From: Pristiophorus japonicus
Taxonomy: Eukaryota
Length of the DNA: 64,000 bases
Assembly: GCF_044704955.1 (NCBI RefSeq)
Contig: NC_091993.1
Location: forward strand, 73,346,001-73,410,000
Reading direction: 5' to 3'
Shown here: piece by piece, positions 1 through 13,157 of the stretch
Layout of the letters: the number at the start of each line of letters is the position of its first letter
Numbering within the stretch: position 1 is the stretch's first letter
The notes under the pieces: generated by a model
Told to the model about the DNA's origin: nothing
The model's input: the letters and a program-made list of their open reading frames with translations, nothing else
Database searches by the model: none
Translations under genes and position numbers: made by a program

Positions 1-2470
1 TTATGTAAATTTTACAAGTTTAAAAGTTTGTAAGTGATCTTAAAGTTTTTAAGTGATATTAGAGTTTGTAAGTGATCTTAACCGATAACTTAACTTTAAA
101 GTTTGAGACAAGAATATTGTTATTAAAGTTAAGTACACACAAGTGTTAAACTTTTGAATGAAATATATTTAAATTATAACTGAATTATTTCCATTATTTG
201 TTCCATTATTAACACAACTTTTGAAGTAAACAAGAATCATTTCCATCATTTATTCCATTAACACACCATATTACGGAACAGGTCCAAACAGTAAACATGG
301 TCCATGTGGAATAGTTGCCACTGAGCCTTCAGGCAGAAAAGCGTTCACGGATGAGTTGCTGGCACAAGGTTCGAGCAATCGTTAAAGGGGCACGAAGGCT
401 CGCCCTCCTCCGCCATCATGCTCCGGGTAGTTGCATGGTTTCCTCGTCCTCCTCTTCCTCCTCCTCGTCATCTGCATCTTCCTCCTCGTCATCAGCCACT
501 CTCACCTCAGCTGGGTTTTATACTATCAGTGCTGCTGCTGCCTCATGTTGGCTAAGTTATGCAGCATGCAGCACATAACAGTGAACTGACCAACAATCTC
601 AGGGGAGTATTGCAAGTAGCCTCCGGAATGGTCCAGGCATCGGAAATGCTGTTTCAATATGCCAATGGTCCTCTCTGTTATGCTGGGTGTCACAATGTGC
701 GACATGTTGTATTCTCGATCAGCTTCAGTCCGGGTTACGTGTAGGGGCATCATGAGCCAGGTGGCGAGGCCGTACTCTTTGTCTCCCAGTAGCAAGCTCT
801 GCCCTTCTGGCTGCTGCTGAAACATGGCAGATATAACGTTCTCGTGTAGGATGAACACATCATGGGTGCTCCCAGGGTATCTCGCATCAACTGCCATGAT
901 GCAATGCATGTCGTCACACACGAGTTGCACATTCACGGAGTGGGAGCCTTTTCTGTTCCTGTACATCTCGGAATCCTCCAAAGATGCTTGCAAGGCGATG
1001 TGGGTACAATCAATGCAGCACTGTACCTTTGGGAAGCCAGCAATCCTGGAGTAGCCCACAGCCCTTTTACGCATTGTCTGGTTGGTCATGGGAACTTTAT
1101 ATGGTCATTCCTCTGAGCATATAGTGCAGCAGTCACCTGCCGAATGTAGATACGTGTTGCATGTTGAGAAATGGCGCACACATCCCCAGTTGTGGCCTGG
1201 AACGAACCAGATGCATAGAATGAAAGTGCAGCTGTAACCTTCACTTCAACTGACAAAGCAGTCCTCCTGATGCTTCTAGGTTGCAGGTCTGTTTTTAGTA
1301 AATCACAGATCTCGGTTACAACTTCTTTGTGGAAACAATCTTCTCACACAGTCGTCATCACTCAGGGGCAGGTATGAATGCCTGTCTTGATATACCTGAT
1401 GTGGGTAAGACCTCCTACCCATCAGCTTATGTGCTCTGAGGTTCCTCATGCGATGACGTCGAATCAATCTTCTCCTCCGCAGCACCATCATGCAGAAGGC
1501 TTGCTCAAGGTATGGCATTGTCAGTATTGCCCCCATGATTACATTGTACCTCTGCAAGAAGCTGAAAACAGCAGGACAAGGAGTTAAAGCTTCTCTCCTC
1601 TCTCTCTCCCCAAGGCTGACACCCTAGTATGAACCACACCCTGGTCTGCGCATGCGCAATAGGCTTTCTTAGAACAGGAAGCGAGGCATTCAATGAGGAC
1701 ATTTGGGGCAACGTAGTCTAATGCAATTCTTTCATTTTAGATTTTTATCAAAGTACCGCCCCACCACCGACTGAACGTCTCCTCACCGGGCTCGAGGGTC
1801 GGCCGGCAGAATTGCTCCCTCACCCGGACACGGGCTCGGCAAATACCCCCACCGCCCGGGCTTCTTTTGAAGCTGCTGCATAGTGTAAGGGTTCTTATCC
1901 CTTCAGTTCGGCTCCCATCCCCCGGGCTTCTTTTGAAGCCGAACTCCGAGCCCCTGTGTCCGGGCGAGGGAGCAATTCTGCCGGCCGACACGCCGATCCT
2001 CAAGCCCGGTGAGGAGATGTTTGGTGGTGACGTGGCACTTTGAAAAAAATCCAAAATTAAAGAATTGCAACAGACTTCCATTTTCTCCCTTTTGAGTTTG
2101 AAAAAATTAAGCTTCATGATGCATATTCTGGGTCTTCTTGACTCCCTTCAAAACAATGGTGTCTTTCTGCGCCAATTTTTTTATTGTGCGTTGGTTTTTC
2201 TTAAGTGCGCTGAAGGTTTTTTGGGAGTGGACACATACGCTGTCCTTGGAGAAATGTAAGTTGGCCAAACTTGCTTAAATGAAAAGAACTGGCACAGATA
2301 TCAGGTTACGCCCCCATGACGCAAAATAATCCTAACCTAAAAAAAAAATCGGACTTAACTGAGTTATGCTGGAGCAGAAACTTTGTGGAAACTTGGATAT
2401 TTTAATTTAGGCCAAAAAAAGCATCAAGCACCAAAATAACGGCACAGACAACTGGGGAAAATTGAACCCC
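1..2470 (-). mobile_element. PIF/Harbinger DNA transposon remnant (left part runs off the window)
   Basis: Contains a HARBI1-like transposase pseudogene. Ends in TIR GGGGAAAATTGAACCCC (~2454-2470). Subterminal 2200-2470 resembles the right end of the MITE at 4184-5076. Confidence 0.8.
329..1536 (-). pseudogene. HARBI1-like DDE transposase, frameshifted
   Basis: ORF 526..1089 has FPKVQCCIDCTH, RKGSHSVNVQLVCD, LLGDKEY, ITERTIGILK and CCMLHN. The N-terminus MGAILTM... lies in ORF 1303..1557. An acidic tail and stop at 329-331 are in another frame. Confidence 0.85.
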
Positions 2471-3702
2471 AAGTTTCTTGTGTTTACTCAGTTATGAACC
2501 ATAGAAGGAAGGAAATTGAATAACAGTTCAATGTTAACAGTGACCTACTCTCAGACCACAGTCCTATTATCCCAGTACAGTCCGCCCACTAGGGGATAGA
2601 TACAAACAGCCTGGGTGACTTTCTCTGCTGTAATTGACTGATATTGGTACATGTGCTGCTTGTAAACATTTCCCGGTAGTTATCTTAAATATAACCTAAA
2701 AATGTTGCAAAGGCTCTGTTATTCGAAGAAAAGAACCTTATATAGACCCTTTCATGTCCCTAGGATGTCCCAAAGTCAATAAATCGCTATTGAATTATAG
2801 TCCCTGTTGTTTTTAGGCCAATGCGACAGCCAATTTGCGCACAGCAAGGCCCCATAAACAACGATTGAATGATCTGTTAATAAAAAGATTTTGGGATCTT
2901 TCTCATCCACCTGTACAGGATTAGCCTCAGATTTGAAAGACACCACCTCTGACATTGCAGCGCTCCCTCAGTACTTTATTACATAGAATTACAACACAAA
3001 ACAGGTCGTTGCCGTTTTGCTGTTTATCTACCACATGCGCAGTCGGCCTTATCCCATATGTTGCCCTATCTCCTGATCCTACTGTACTAAAGTGTCAGCC
3101 AGATTATGTTCCCAGGTACTGGAGCAGGGCACAAACCCTTTGGTGGCAAGGATTATACCAAGCTTGCAGTTAACCATTGCTGTTAATGATTGAATTGGCT
3201 TTCTTTCTGAAAACAATTGGTGTTAAACGTGGTGTCCATCAATGTGCGGGGAATTGCCTATGTGGGGAATGGGATGTCAACATCACGCACTCTCACAGCT
3301 GTCAGAGGCTAGATGTGATGCAATCCAGAACAGAGTTTTGCATTTAGATTTTGACCTTTTACTGCTTTCTGTTTGAGCAGCCACATATAAGGATTTAGAA
3401 TGTAATGTGTGTGTATGATGCTTGTGGTTATTCACTTGTTCATCTTATTTAATATAAATTATTTTAAAACAAAGTCTGATGTGATGCTGTCCTGCTTATT
3501 GAAAGCTGGAGAGTTTCAATGGAGGCACGATAATTCCAAAAGCTAAATTAATTAAAGGAAAGATTGTTCTATCCTTGGCATGTTATTGAAAGCTGGCCTA
3601 GATATCAATATCTATGAAGATGCTCGCGAAGGCTCTTGATAGTTGGGAATCCTCTATGAGGTTGTCTATGAGAAGGGAGCTACAAAATCTACAGTAAGAA
3701 TG

Positions 3703-3990
3703 ATATAGAATTATGTGGAACTTACAGCTCATTCGACCCAACAGGTTTATGCCAGCATTTGTGCTCCACATGAGCCTCTTCCCACCTCATTATCCAATCC
3801 TATCAGTGCATCCTTCTATTCCTTTCACCCTCATGTGCTAATCTAGCTTCGCCTTGAACGAATCTACACTATTCACCTCAACAATTCCTTGTGGTAGCGA
3901 GTTCCACATTCTAACCACTCTCTGGGTAGAGAGTGGCTCCTGAATTCCTTGTTGGAATTATTGGTGACTATCTTATATTTTTGGCCCCTA
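3703..3990 (-). mobile_element. Degenerate CR1 LINE 3' fragment
   Basis: TGTGGTAGCGAGTTCCACATTCTAACCACTCTCTGGGT matches the reverse strand of the CR1 ORF2 end (TQRVV..WN) seen in other copies here. Confidence 0.6.
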
Positions 3991-4183
3991 GCTTTTTGCC
4001 CTAGGGTGAAAAAGACTCACAAATGTAACACACTATACCAACGCGGAGTCCAGCTTGCTGAGGCACATAAATCAGCAAATCAGGAGCAGGCTGCACCTAA
4101 TTTTTCAACCATTCAATTTAAAGAAATAAATGAATGGTTGGAAATCTTGGCAGCACATCTGAGTTTCCCAATTTAGAAACATA

Positions 4184-5076
4184 GGGCTCAAATTTCCCCA
4201 ACCCCTTTTTCTGGCGCCCTCACCCGAGGTGCGGCGCTTTTGTCCGCCTCCAAGCGCGCCAAAAATCTTCCTCCCGATTCTGGCCGCTCCCCAGCCTCTC
4301 CTCGGTGGTGGCGTACTGTGGCCCAGTGGATTGGGGGCGGAGCCAGGTCTCAGCGCTGAAAACAGTGCCGGAACTTCTGCACCTGGGCACGAGAGTCGGC
4401 GCACATGTACAGTAGCTCCTGGCAGGCCGAATCTGTGAGTACGCGCTGCAGGCTGTGTAGGAGGGGCCTGAAGCACGCCGTCCCTAGCCCTGGCCAAATG
4501 GGCTCCCTCATTGGTGGCCCGCTGCGTTCCCTAAGGAAGAACTTCTATTTTTTATTTGTTATTTACTGCTTGATTGCTTATTACTTTGGTCTTGGTGCTT
4601 TAGGTGCCGGGTTCCTTCCATTTTTTATTGGTTAATTAATTACTTTTAGTGCTTGGTGCAAATGTACTGTTTTGTTTAGTGCTTGGTGCTTTGAATGTAT
4701 TTATGCTTCTTTAATGTTGTTGTGAAGGTGCTTAATGCTTTGCAAGGTCCCCTTCCCCCCACCTCCCCCAATCTCTGGCTGCCTGCGCTGATTTCTTAAG
4801 TCACCGCAAGGTTTTTCTGAATGTACAAGCGTGCCCAATTACGTTGGCCTAAGTTAGTTTGAAGTAACTTTTAGCTGGCTAAACATGCTTAAATGGCCAA
4901 AACAGGCGTAAATGGCTGGTAACGCCCCCTTTTGAAAAAAAACGAAACTAAAAAAAAACTAACTAAATCACTTACACTGGCGCAAATTAAATGGCCAGAA
5001 TTGCAATAAAAAGATACTCCAGTAAAATTAAGTTGCTCCAAAAAAAATGGAGCAACACCTGGGGAAATTTGGGCCC
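4184..5076. mobile_element. Harbinger-type MITE inserted in the 3' tail of a CR1
   Basis: TIRs GGGCTCAAATTTCCCCA / TGGGGAAATTTGGGCCC (16/17). 3-bp flanks ATA/ATT. GAAACAT tail units lie on both sides. Confidence 0.85.
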
Positions 5077-6115
5077 ATTGAAACATAGAAGTTTACAGCG
5101 CAGAAGGAGGCCATTTTGGCCCATCGTGTCCACACCGGCCGACAAAAAGCCGCATGGCCCTTGGTCAGCAGCCCTAAAGGGTATATATAAACCTATGAAC
5201 AATGACGGAAAGGCAAAGAGCACCCAGCCCAACCAGTCCGCCTCACACAACTGCGACACCCCTTGTCCTGAAACCTTCTACACTCCACCCCAACCAGAGT
5301 CTTATGATCTCCTGGAAGAGGCATAAACCAGATAAAAACCCAGGCCAATTTAGGGAGAAAAAATCTGGGAAAATTCCTCTCCGACCCATCCAGGTGATCG
5401 AAACTAGTCCAGTAGATCATCCTGGCCGTATTCTATTCCCTTCAGTATTTACCATTTTATCTGCGCTGTCCAACAAAAGGTCATCCAGTCTAATCCCAAT
5501 TACCAGCTCTAGGTCCATAACCCTGCAGGTTACTGCACTTTAAGTGCCCATCCAACCATCTTTTAAAAGTGGTGAGGGTTTCTGCATCCACCATTCTTCC
5601 AGGCAATGAGTTCCAGATCCCCACAACCGTCTGCGTAAAGAAGCCCCCCCTCAAATTCCCTCTAAACCTTCCACCAACCACCTTAACACTATGCCCCTCG
5701 TTATAGACCCCTCCACCAATGAAAATAGGCCCTTACTATCCACTATGTCCAGGCCCCTCAATATTTTGTACACCTCAATGAGGTCTCCTCTCAACCTCCT
5801 CTGTTCCAATGAGAACAAACCTAGCCTATCCAATCTGTCCTCATAACTAAGATTCTCCATTCCAGGCAGCATCCTAGTAAATCTCCTCTGCACCTTCTCT
5901 AGTGCAATCACGTCCTTCCTATAATACGCCAACCAGACTGCACGCAATACTCCAGCTGTGGCCTGACCAAAGTATTATTTAAGTATAACCTCCTTGCTCT
6001 TATATTCTATGCCTCAGCCAATAAAGGCAAGCATTCCGTGTGCTTTCTTAACCACCTTATCCACCTGGCCTGCTACTTTCAGGGATCTGTTGACAAGCAC
6101 TCCAAGGTCCCTTTG
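5077..6115 (-). mobile_element. CR1 LINE 3' fragment
   Basis: ORFs 5651..5947 and 5490..5681 (LEKVQRRFTRMLPG, RRLRGDLIEVYKIL, FFTQTVVGIWNSLP), plus a CR1 tail. Confidence 0.9.
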
Positions 6116-6123
6116 CATTGCAA

Positions 6124-6207
6124 GTGTTAGTTGTGGCTCAGTAGTAACACTCTGACCTCTGAGTCAGAACGTTGGGGGTTCACAGTCGCACTCCAGAGAC
6201 TTGAGCA
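6124..6207 (+). mobile_element. tRNA-derived head of a Deu-domain SINE; body resumes at ~8239
   Basis: TGTGGCTCAGT...GGGTTCA...CACTCCAGAGACTTGAGCAC aligns to the head of the intact copy at 38527. Confidence 0.7.
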
Positions 6208-7662
6208 CTCCTCCATCACCATCCCTGGGTATGTTCTGTCCCACCGGCAGGACAGACACATCAGGGGAGCCGGCATAGTATTATGCAGTCGGGAGGGAGT
6301 GGCCCTGGGAGTCCTCAACATTGACTCTGGACCCCATGATGTCTCATAGCTTCAGGTCAAGCATGGTCAAGGAAACCTCCTGCTGATTACCAACTACTGT
6401 CTTCCCTCAACTGATGAATCAGTACTCCTCCATATTGAAAACCACTTGGAAGAAGCACTGAGAGTAACAAGGGCACAGAATGTACTCGGGAGGGGGACTT
6501 CAATGTCCTTTACCAAGAGTGGCTCGGTAGCACCACTACTGACCGAGCTGGCCGAGTCCGGAAGGTCATAGGTGCCAGACTGGGCTTGCAGCAGATGGTG
6601 AGGGAACCAACACGAGGGAAAAAACAACTTGGCCTCGTCCTCACCAATCTACTTGTTGTAGATGCATCTGTCCATGACAGCATTGGTAGCAGTGACCACC
6701 GCATGATCATTGTGTAGACGAAGTCCTGTCTTCACACGGAAGACATCCTCCATCGCGTTGTGTGGCACTACCACCATGCTAAATGGGATAGATTCAGAAC
6801 AGATCTAGCAGCTCAAAAGCGGGCATCCATGAGGCGCTGTGGACCATCAGCAGCAGCAGAATTATATTCCACCACAATCTGTAACCTCATGGCTTGGCAT
6901 ACCCGCTCTACCATTGCCATCAAGCCAGGGGACCAATCCTGGTTCAATGAGGAGTGCAGAAGAGCATGCCAGGAGCAGCACCAGGCATACCTAAAAATGA
7001 GGCACCAACCTGGGGAAGCTGCAACACAGGACTACATGCATGCTAAACTGCGGAAGCAGCATGCCATAGACAGGGCTAAACGATCGTATAATCAATGGAT
7101 CAGATCAAAGCTCTGTAGTCCTGCCACATCCAGTCGTGAATGGTGGTGGGCCATTAAACAACTAACGGAAAGAGGAGGCTCCATAAACATCCCCATCCTC
7201 AATGGTGGCAGAGCCCAGCACGTGAATGCAAAAGACAAGGCTGAAGCGTTTACAACCATCTTCAGCCAGAAGTGCCGAGTGGATGATCCAAATTGGCCTC
7301 CTCCTGAGGTCCTCACAGTCAGAGAAGTGAATCTTCAGCCAATCCGATTCACTCCATGTGATATCAAGAAATGGCTGAGCGCTCTGGATACAGCAAAGTC
7401 TATGGGCCCCGACAACATCCCGGCTGTCGTGCTGAAGACTTGCGCTCCTGAACTAGCCGCACATCTAACCAAGTTGCTCCAGTACAGCTATAACACTGGC
7501 TTCTATCCAACAATGGGGAAAACTGCCCAGGTATGTCATTTCCACGAAAAGCAGGACAAAATCTAATCCGGCCAATTACTACCCCATCAGTCTACTCTCA
7601 ATCATCAGCAAAGTGATGGAAGGTGTCATCGACAGTGCTATCAAGTGGCACTTATGCACCAA
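6208..7662 (+). mobile_element. Jockey/CR1-group LINE ORF2 fragment (APE endonuclease to start of RT)
   Basis: IPGYVLSHRQDR, GDFN, SDH motifs. ORF 6760..7566 has WFNEECRRAC and KSMGPDNIPAVVLKTCAPEL. Same family as 16957-18520. Confidence 0.85.
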
Positions 7663-7694
7663 TTAGAGAGAGAGACTAGGACAGAGAGAGAGGG

Positions 7695-7725
<31 letters not shown>

Positions 7726-8238
7726 CTGCGGTAGAGAAAGAGAGAGAGAGACTGGGGTAAAGAGAGAAAGAGACTGGGGTGAGAGAGAGAGAGAGACTGG
7801 GGGGAGAGAGAGAGAGACTGGGGGAGATAGGGAGACTGGGAGAGATGGAGAGACTGGGGAGATAGAGAGGGGTTGGTGAGAGGAGATCTGAGGGATATCA
7901 GGAACTTGGGCTGGGGGTGTGCAGGAACTTGGGCTGGGTTGGGGCAGGAACCTGGATGGGGATGGGGCAGAAACTTGGGCTGGGGTGGTCAGGACCTTGG
8001 GCGGGGAGGGGGGATGGGTGGGAGAAGGTCTTAACCTGTGAGAGTGCGCTCTGTCCAGTCAGAATGGCTTGAATTACACTTTGCAAATTGATTATGTCAG
8101 CAGGGCGGTCCTACTTACACATTCCAGAGAAACTGCTGGGTGTATCTTATCCTCCAAAGGGACCAATCAGCAATCAGGTCCAGTGATCAAGGGGACCCAA
8201 TCAGAGCATTGCACTGTTGCAAATAAGCATGTCCTAAA
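7663..8238. repeat. Unclassified element: GA-rich microsatellite block plus double-CCAAT core
   Basis: (GA)n/GAGACTGGGG repeats at 7663-7870. Segment ~8110-8232 aligns to the reverse complement of ~33400-33530. Confidence 0.6.
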
Positions 8239-8578
8239 ACAAAATCTCGGCTGATAATCTAGTGCAGTACTGAGAGAGTGCTGCATTGTTGGAGGCGCAG
8301 TGTTTTGGATGAGACTTTAAACCGAGGCCTCGCCAATGCTCTCAGGTGTACTTAAAAGATCACATAATATTATTATCCCTCAACCAAAATCACTGTATCA
8401 GATTATCTTGTCATAATCTCATTGCTGCTTGTGGGAGCTTGCTGTGCACAAATTGGCTGTCGCGTTTCCTACATTACAACAGTGAGTACGCTTCAAAAGT
8501 ATTGTGGCTGTAAAGCGCTTTGGGATGTTCTGAAGATGTGAAAGGCACTATATAAATGTAAGTTTTTCTTTTCTTCTT
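8239..8578 (+). mobile_element. Deu-domain SINE body and tail
   Basis: GTGCAGTACTGAG.GAGTGCTGCA...GGATGAGAC..AAACCGAGG core and GGCACTATATAAATG(T)AAGT tail. Confidence 0.8.
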
Positions 8579-9050
8579 TCACGTGGCCAAGGCTCCCTGT
8601 CAGTAGTAAAATATAAACTTGCACTGTACTCATCCTGTTGTCCCTCGTTTCCCCCCGGTTCTATTTTGGTCTCTCTTTTGTTTAAACTTGAGTCTTACTT
8701 TTTAATTGGTCCAATATACTCCATTCCACAAGCTGTCCCTCCTTCATGCTTTGTTTCGTCCATTTCAAATGTCTTAACTTTCTTCGATTTTTCTGACTTC
8801 CTGCTCCGACTGTTCATTTGGGAGATGCAGTTTCTCGGCTGGAAGAATGGCAATTTCACAACTCATGAAAACCTGTCCTTAAAGATCAGTTTTCCCCCCT
8901 TAATTGACAGCCCAGGTTCGAAATGTTAACATGAGATCAGGTAATCTTTGACACGAAAATCATGTCCAAACCATCCACACCTGAAGGGTTAGACATCTGA
9001 ACTTTGTGCAGCGGGTTTAGTTCTCAGCTGTACTATGATGCTGTGCACGG

Positions 9051-9636
9051 ATCATCATAGGCAGTCCCTCGAAACGAGGATGATTTGCTTCCACGCCAAA
9101 AAGGGATGAGTTCACAGGTGTTTCAATGAAGGACCTAATATTCCAGGTCCCGAACTACATCTTGAAGGGTGGAAGATGCCTGTGCGTGGATTTTTTTAAC
9201 GTGGGGTGGCCGTTGCACACCAGCCACCACATGGGCTTGACAGAGCTAGGTCTTGGTCCAATGGCAAGGGTTAACCAGGACGACTGGAGACCAGCTCTGT
9301 TGCACGGATCTAGTGCGCACACATATCACAGTGTGGGTTGGCCCGTGCTGCCTCTGAGCCACGCCTCTTCTGGGCCCTGAACCCATGCCTCTCCTGGGCC
9401 CCGATCATATCCCTCTGCGAACTCTTGCCGCTCCTTTGCCCCAACCTCGCCGCTCCTGCTGTATCTGCCTGCACTGCAATCAGCGACCTGGGTTTAGGGG
9501 ACGTCCAATCCAGTCACCCTCTTCACAGCCATTGTCCTCCTGCAGCAGCATGCACTGCTCCCTGCAATGGTATGCCGCTGCATGTTGCTCCTTCTAATGG
9601 CCTGAGCCTGCTGACGGTCTTGCAGGCCGGGTCCGC
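9051..9636 (-). mobile_element. RTE-dependent non-autonomous retroelement (SINE-like)
   Basis: 3' tail GAGGGACTGCCTATGATGAT shared with the RTE LINE at 14041. Body is repeated at 14480, 18876, 24218 and 26380. Confidence 0.8.
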
Positions 9637-11145
9637 GAATAGACTGCTAGTGGGTGATCTTTTCTAAAGAGTTGCTATTTTATTTAGACAGCTGTTAATG
9701 TTGGGGTGCACGGCTGAACTCCTGTCCCACCGACAAGTTCCCAGATATGCAAAGCTAAAGCTCTCCAACAGGACAAGGTAGAATCAGATCATCTGCCACC
9801 AGCCTGCCAAGTAAGAATTCATTTGAGGTTTTTCTTTTCTCTTAAAAGCACTTACCTTGAAGTTGTTGCTGTTGCCATAGAAATTGTTGCTTACCCACCA
9901 CAAAAGCAAAAAAATATCCAGGGATTAAGGTTTTTTTGGATGGAAAAGCTTGCTTCAGGTTCAAAATTTGGATGAAAACTCCTCATTATCTACCATGTTG
10001 TAATGAGTTTGAAGTAGATTCTATTGAATTGTCCATAATCCTCAGTCCTCAGTGGAGCTGATAATTGTAGCAGTGGTGCATTGCACCATTAGACCATTCT
10101 CAATCACCACATTTCCTTCGTTTCACTATTGCAATTATAGCTGCAACACTATTGTAACTGCTCATTCATTTATACTTGCAATATCTTTTAAACCTTTCTT
10201 CAAAACAGAAAGCATTGCTGTAACAGTGCAATGTACTTTGTGGGTAGATTTCAGGCCTGTCTGCTTTGAGTTGAGATTTCAGATTAGCTCAGCCGATGCA
10301 TCAGCTGAAGATAAAGATTGTATTGTTTTCAGATAATGAATGTCCAGTACTTGTTAAGAACTTTGTTTTTCATTTACCTGGGCAGTTTGTAAGGGCTGGT
10401 GAGGGATTCTCTCGGTGCCCTTGCCAGCATTCCTCCCGCAAGCAACACTGTCAAAAACAAATGATCTCATCATTCATCTCATCAAATTACCGTCTCAGTA
10501 TCTTGTCGTGTTTCAGCTCCAAGTATTATTGACTCTGAATAAATCTATTAGTTTTATCCTTTACACATTAGTCTAACCTCATGGTATTGTATGCCTTTCC
10601 AAAGAGTCAGGCAAATGTGTATGGACACTCCATGTGCTTGTCAGGGCTGATACTGCCCAGTATCCCACTTATGGCACATATATGGACACAGGTTTCTATT
10701 CATAGAAGACTCAATGGGGTAAATTTTCACTTCTAATGGGGTAGTAACAGCCTCAACAGGGGATCAATAGCTTTACCACCGCACTAATGGCACAAAGGGA
10801 CTGATGACATTTTGAAATGTGTCTACTGCTAGGAGCCTGGAATGACCAACTGTCTCATGTGGTAGGCCTGTTTTAATATGCCATTATAATCCAGAGCTGC
10901 TCAGTACGTTCACCATGCAAACTCTGACCAGTGCCACTGCCGATGAAACCCAAAGGCTTAGCCAAAGTAGGTTTAGAATCATTTTGCCTTGCCCAGAGGA
11001 TAGGGTTGTCAACTCTAGCTGGACATATTGCTGAAGGTTTCATCACTGACGTCCCTCATCCAACTACCCCACCTCCGCACTCCCGCCATTGGTCGATTTG
11101 TTGCCCAACATATCCCACACCAGTTGGAAAGTAAACAGACTCTAT

Positions 11146-12704
11146 GGAGGGAATTTTTCAGGGGGTGGGGGGTGGGCGGGGGAAGTGGGGGGCTGGTGAC
11201 AGGCATGATCGGTGGCGGGTCGGGTAGGAAAGTGTTTTTTTCCCCCCAGAGGATCAGAACCCCTCTGTCAACCCGACGCCATTTGCCTTTACTAAATGTC
11301 GGGTCTGCCAGCACTGAGCAGACCCGACACACAGTGGTGGGGGAGACAATTAAAATCATTGGTGGCTTGTTTACAGCCACTTAACAATGCTTTTTCCCCA
11401 GCTTTTTGAATTTGGCAGGTTTCCTGATGTGCTTAGACCTCGTCTGTGAAGCTGAGGCGGGAGGTCACTGGCCATTGTTTCAGCTTGAGAAATATTTCCT
11501 TAGCCACTAGTTTCTCTAAACTGCATTTCCACTACAGATTCACCATGCTGCAAGTACACCATTGAGAGATCACTTCAGCCATTCCTACTTCACTTGCCAT
11601 CTATTCCATCAGCATGGGTGCACTTTACACTCTCACCTTGATCCTCAGAATCCCACCACAATCAGCCCCAACACCAACATGACCAGACACACCAGCAATA
11701 CCACCAACACCACCAACCTTCTCCACAATCCTACAATGCCCAAGCAATTCCTTTCACACTCATCATCATTGCAGGGGGTACCGTTATGTCTCACCATTCA
11801 CTGCAACTCACTAAACCACTTCCAAAAGGTGCACACAGATTTGTCCAAGAACACAAAGTATTGAAAATAAAGGTTTTAATGTTTGACAGAAACATTACAT
11901 AAACATTGCATATATGACCCAAGTGCCTACCCTTGTGTGTTGTTAATTGGTATGATTGCATTAGGATGAGGGTGAGTGTGAGGAATGGCTAGTGAGATGG
12001 GGATGTGATAATGTAGCGAATGGGGGATGGGTGGAGGTGCAATGGTAAGTTGGTGTAAGTAAGGATGTGCAAGAGCAGGGTATGGAAGGAAGAGTGTTGG
12101 GGATATGATGAGAGGCTCAGCAGGATGAGGTCGAGTGTGGCTTTGCAGTAACGTTTCGTGATCTACTGAGATCATTGAAATGTTTGTGGCATTGCGCCCA
12201 TGTCGTCCTGACCACATCCCTGCTTGTGCCCTCCTCTGCAATGTGAAAACCAGGCTGCGTTAATATCCTGGGGAGGTCTTTTCCGCCCATGGGAAGGGAA
12301 GAGGACCTCCCTGTAAGCATATGGAGGGAGTCATGGGAGAGCTTGGGTGCAGCCATGCACCTCTGTGTAGTGCTGGTCAGTGTACCGCTGTGCAGTGCTG
12401 GTCAGTGTACCGCTGTGCAGTGCGTGTTCGTGTTTGTAGCACCTCAATGCTGTAGAACACTGACAGCGCAACTGTCAAATTAAAGTTGGCCGTGGTCCCT
12501 TTACCAAAACTGGCTGATAACGCGTCATCAAATGACATCACCAGACCCGCTTCCTCTAATTGGCCGGGAAACGTGCTGGGTGAGCTTAACAAGCCCAATC
12601 AGGGGAAATTCATTCTACACAGCAGGTTGGAGCTGGCAGTATGGCTGGCACCTGCCACTGACGTCACCTGCCTCGGACCCACTAAGGTTAATAAAATCCA
12701 ACCC
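11146..12704 (-). mobile_element. Degenerate Harbinger element with Myb/SANT-like (second ORF) remnant
   Basis: ORF 12117..12356 has MAAPKLSHDSL...IAEE...RTTWAQCHKHFNDL, like Harbinger Myb proteins. Right end AAAATCCAACCC; the left TIR match is weak. Confidence 0.55.
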
Positions 12705-13157
12705 TCTGTTACCCGCTTGGATGATTCTTGACTGTGTCAAACAGATTGCTTTTCCCCATCTCGGCATACTAATAAACAAAAGTGTTCAAAAACCACACTA
12801 TTTTCTTAATGCCCCCATGCTTTTTCTCCTGGGTTGCTTTAACTACTGTCCAGGAAATTAATCTTTAATTCCTGGAGACTCCAGGGCAATCCTGGAGAGT
12901 TGGCAACCCTACCAGAAGAGCAGCAGTGGTCCTACGAGCTCTACAAAAATAAGCTGGGTCGCTGACTCAGCCAGACTCCAATCCTCTATAATCATGAGTG
13001 CCCCGCGTACTTACCTTGCTGGCAGATGTGCCAGCCCAATATTAGGAGGCCACAATCTGGCGAGCTCCATCGGGAAGTCCCTTTGATGCTCCGAAGCTCC
13101 TAAGCCCAATGTTAATGAGGTGGGGTCTTAGAATCATGGCCGCCTCTTTGCCGTGAG

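Noticed and set aside
315-578. Poly-Ser ORF
   Set aside because: Antisense of the acidic tail of the Harbinger transposase.
9856-9885. Strong minus-strand donor AAG|GTAAGT next to an RFX-like GTTGCCATAG motif
   Set aside because: No convincing acceptor or ORF, and the motif match is only partial.
10378-10447. 70-nt minus-strand exon candidate with good splice sites
   Set aside because: Aligns to the reverse strand of a decayed Deu-SINE segment; no evidence of exonisation.
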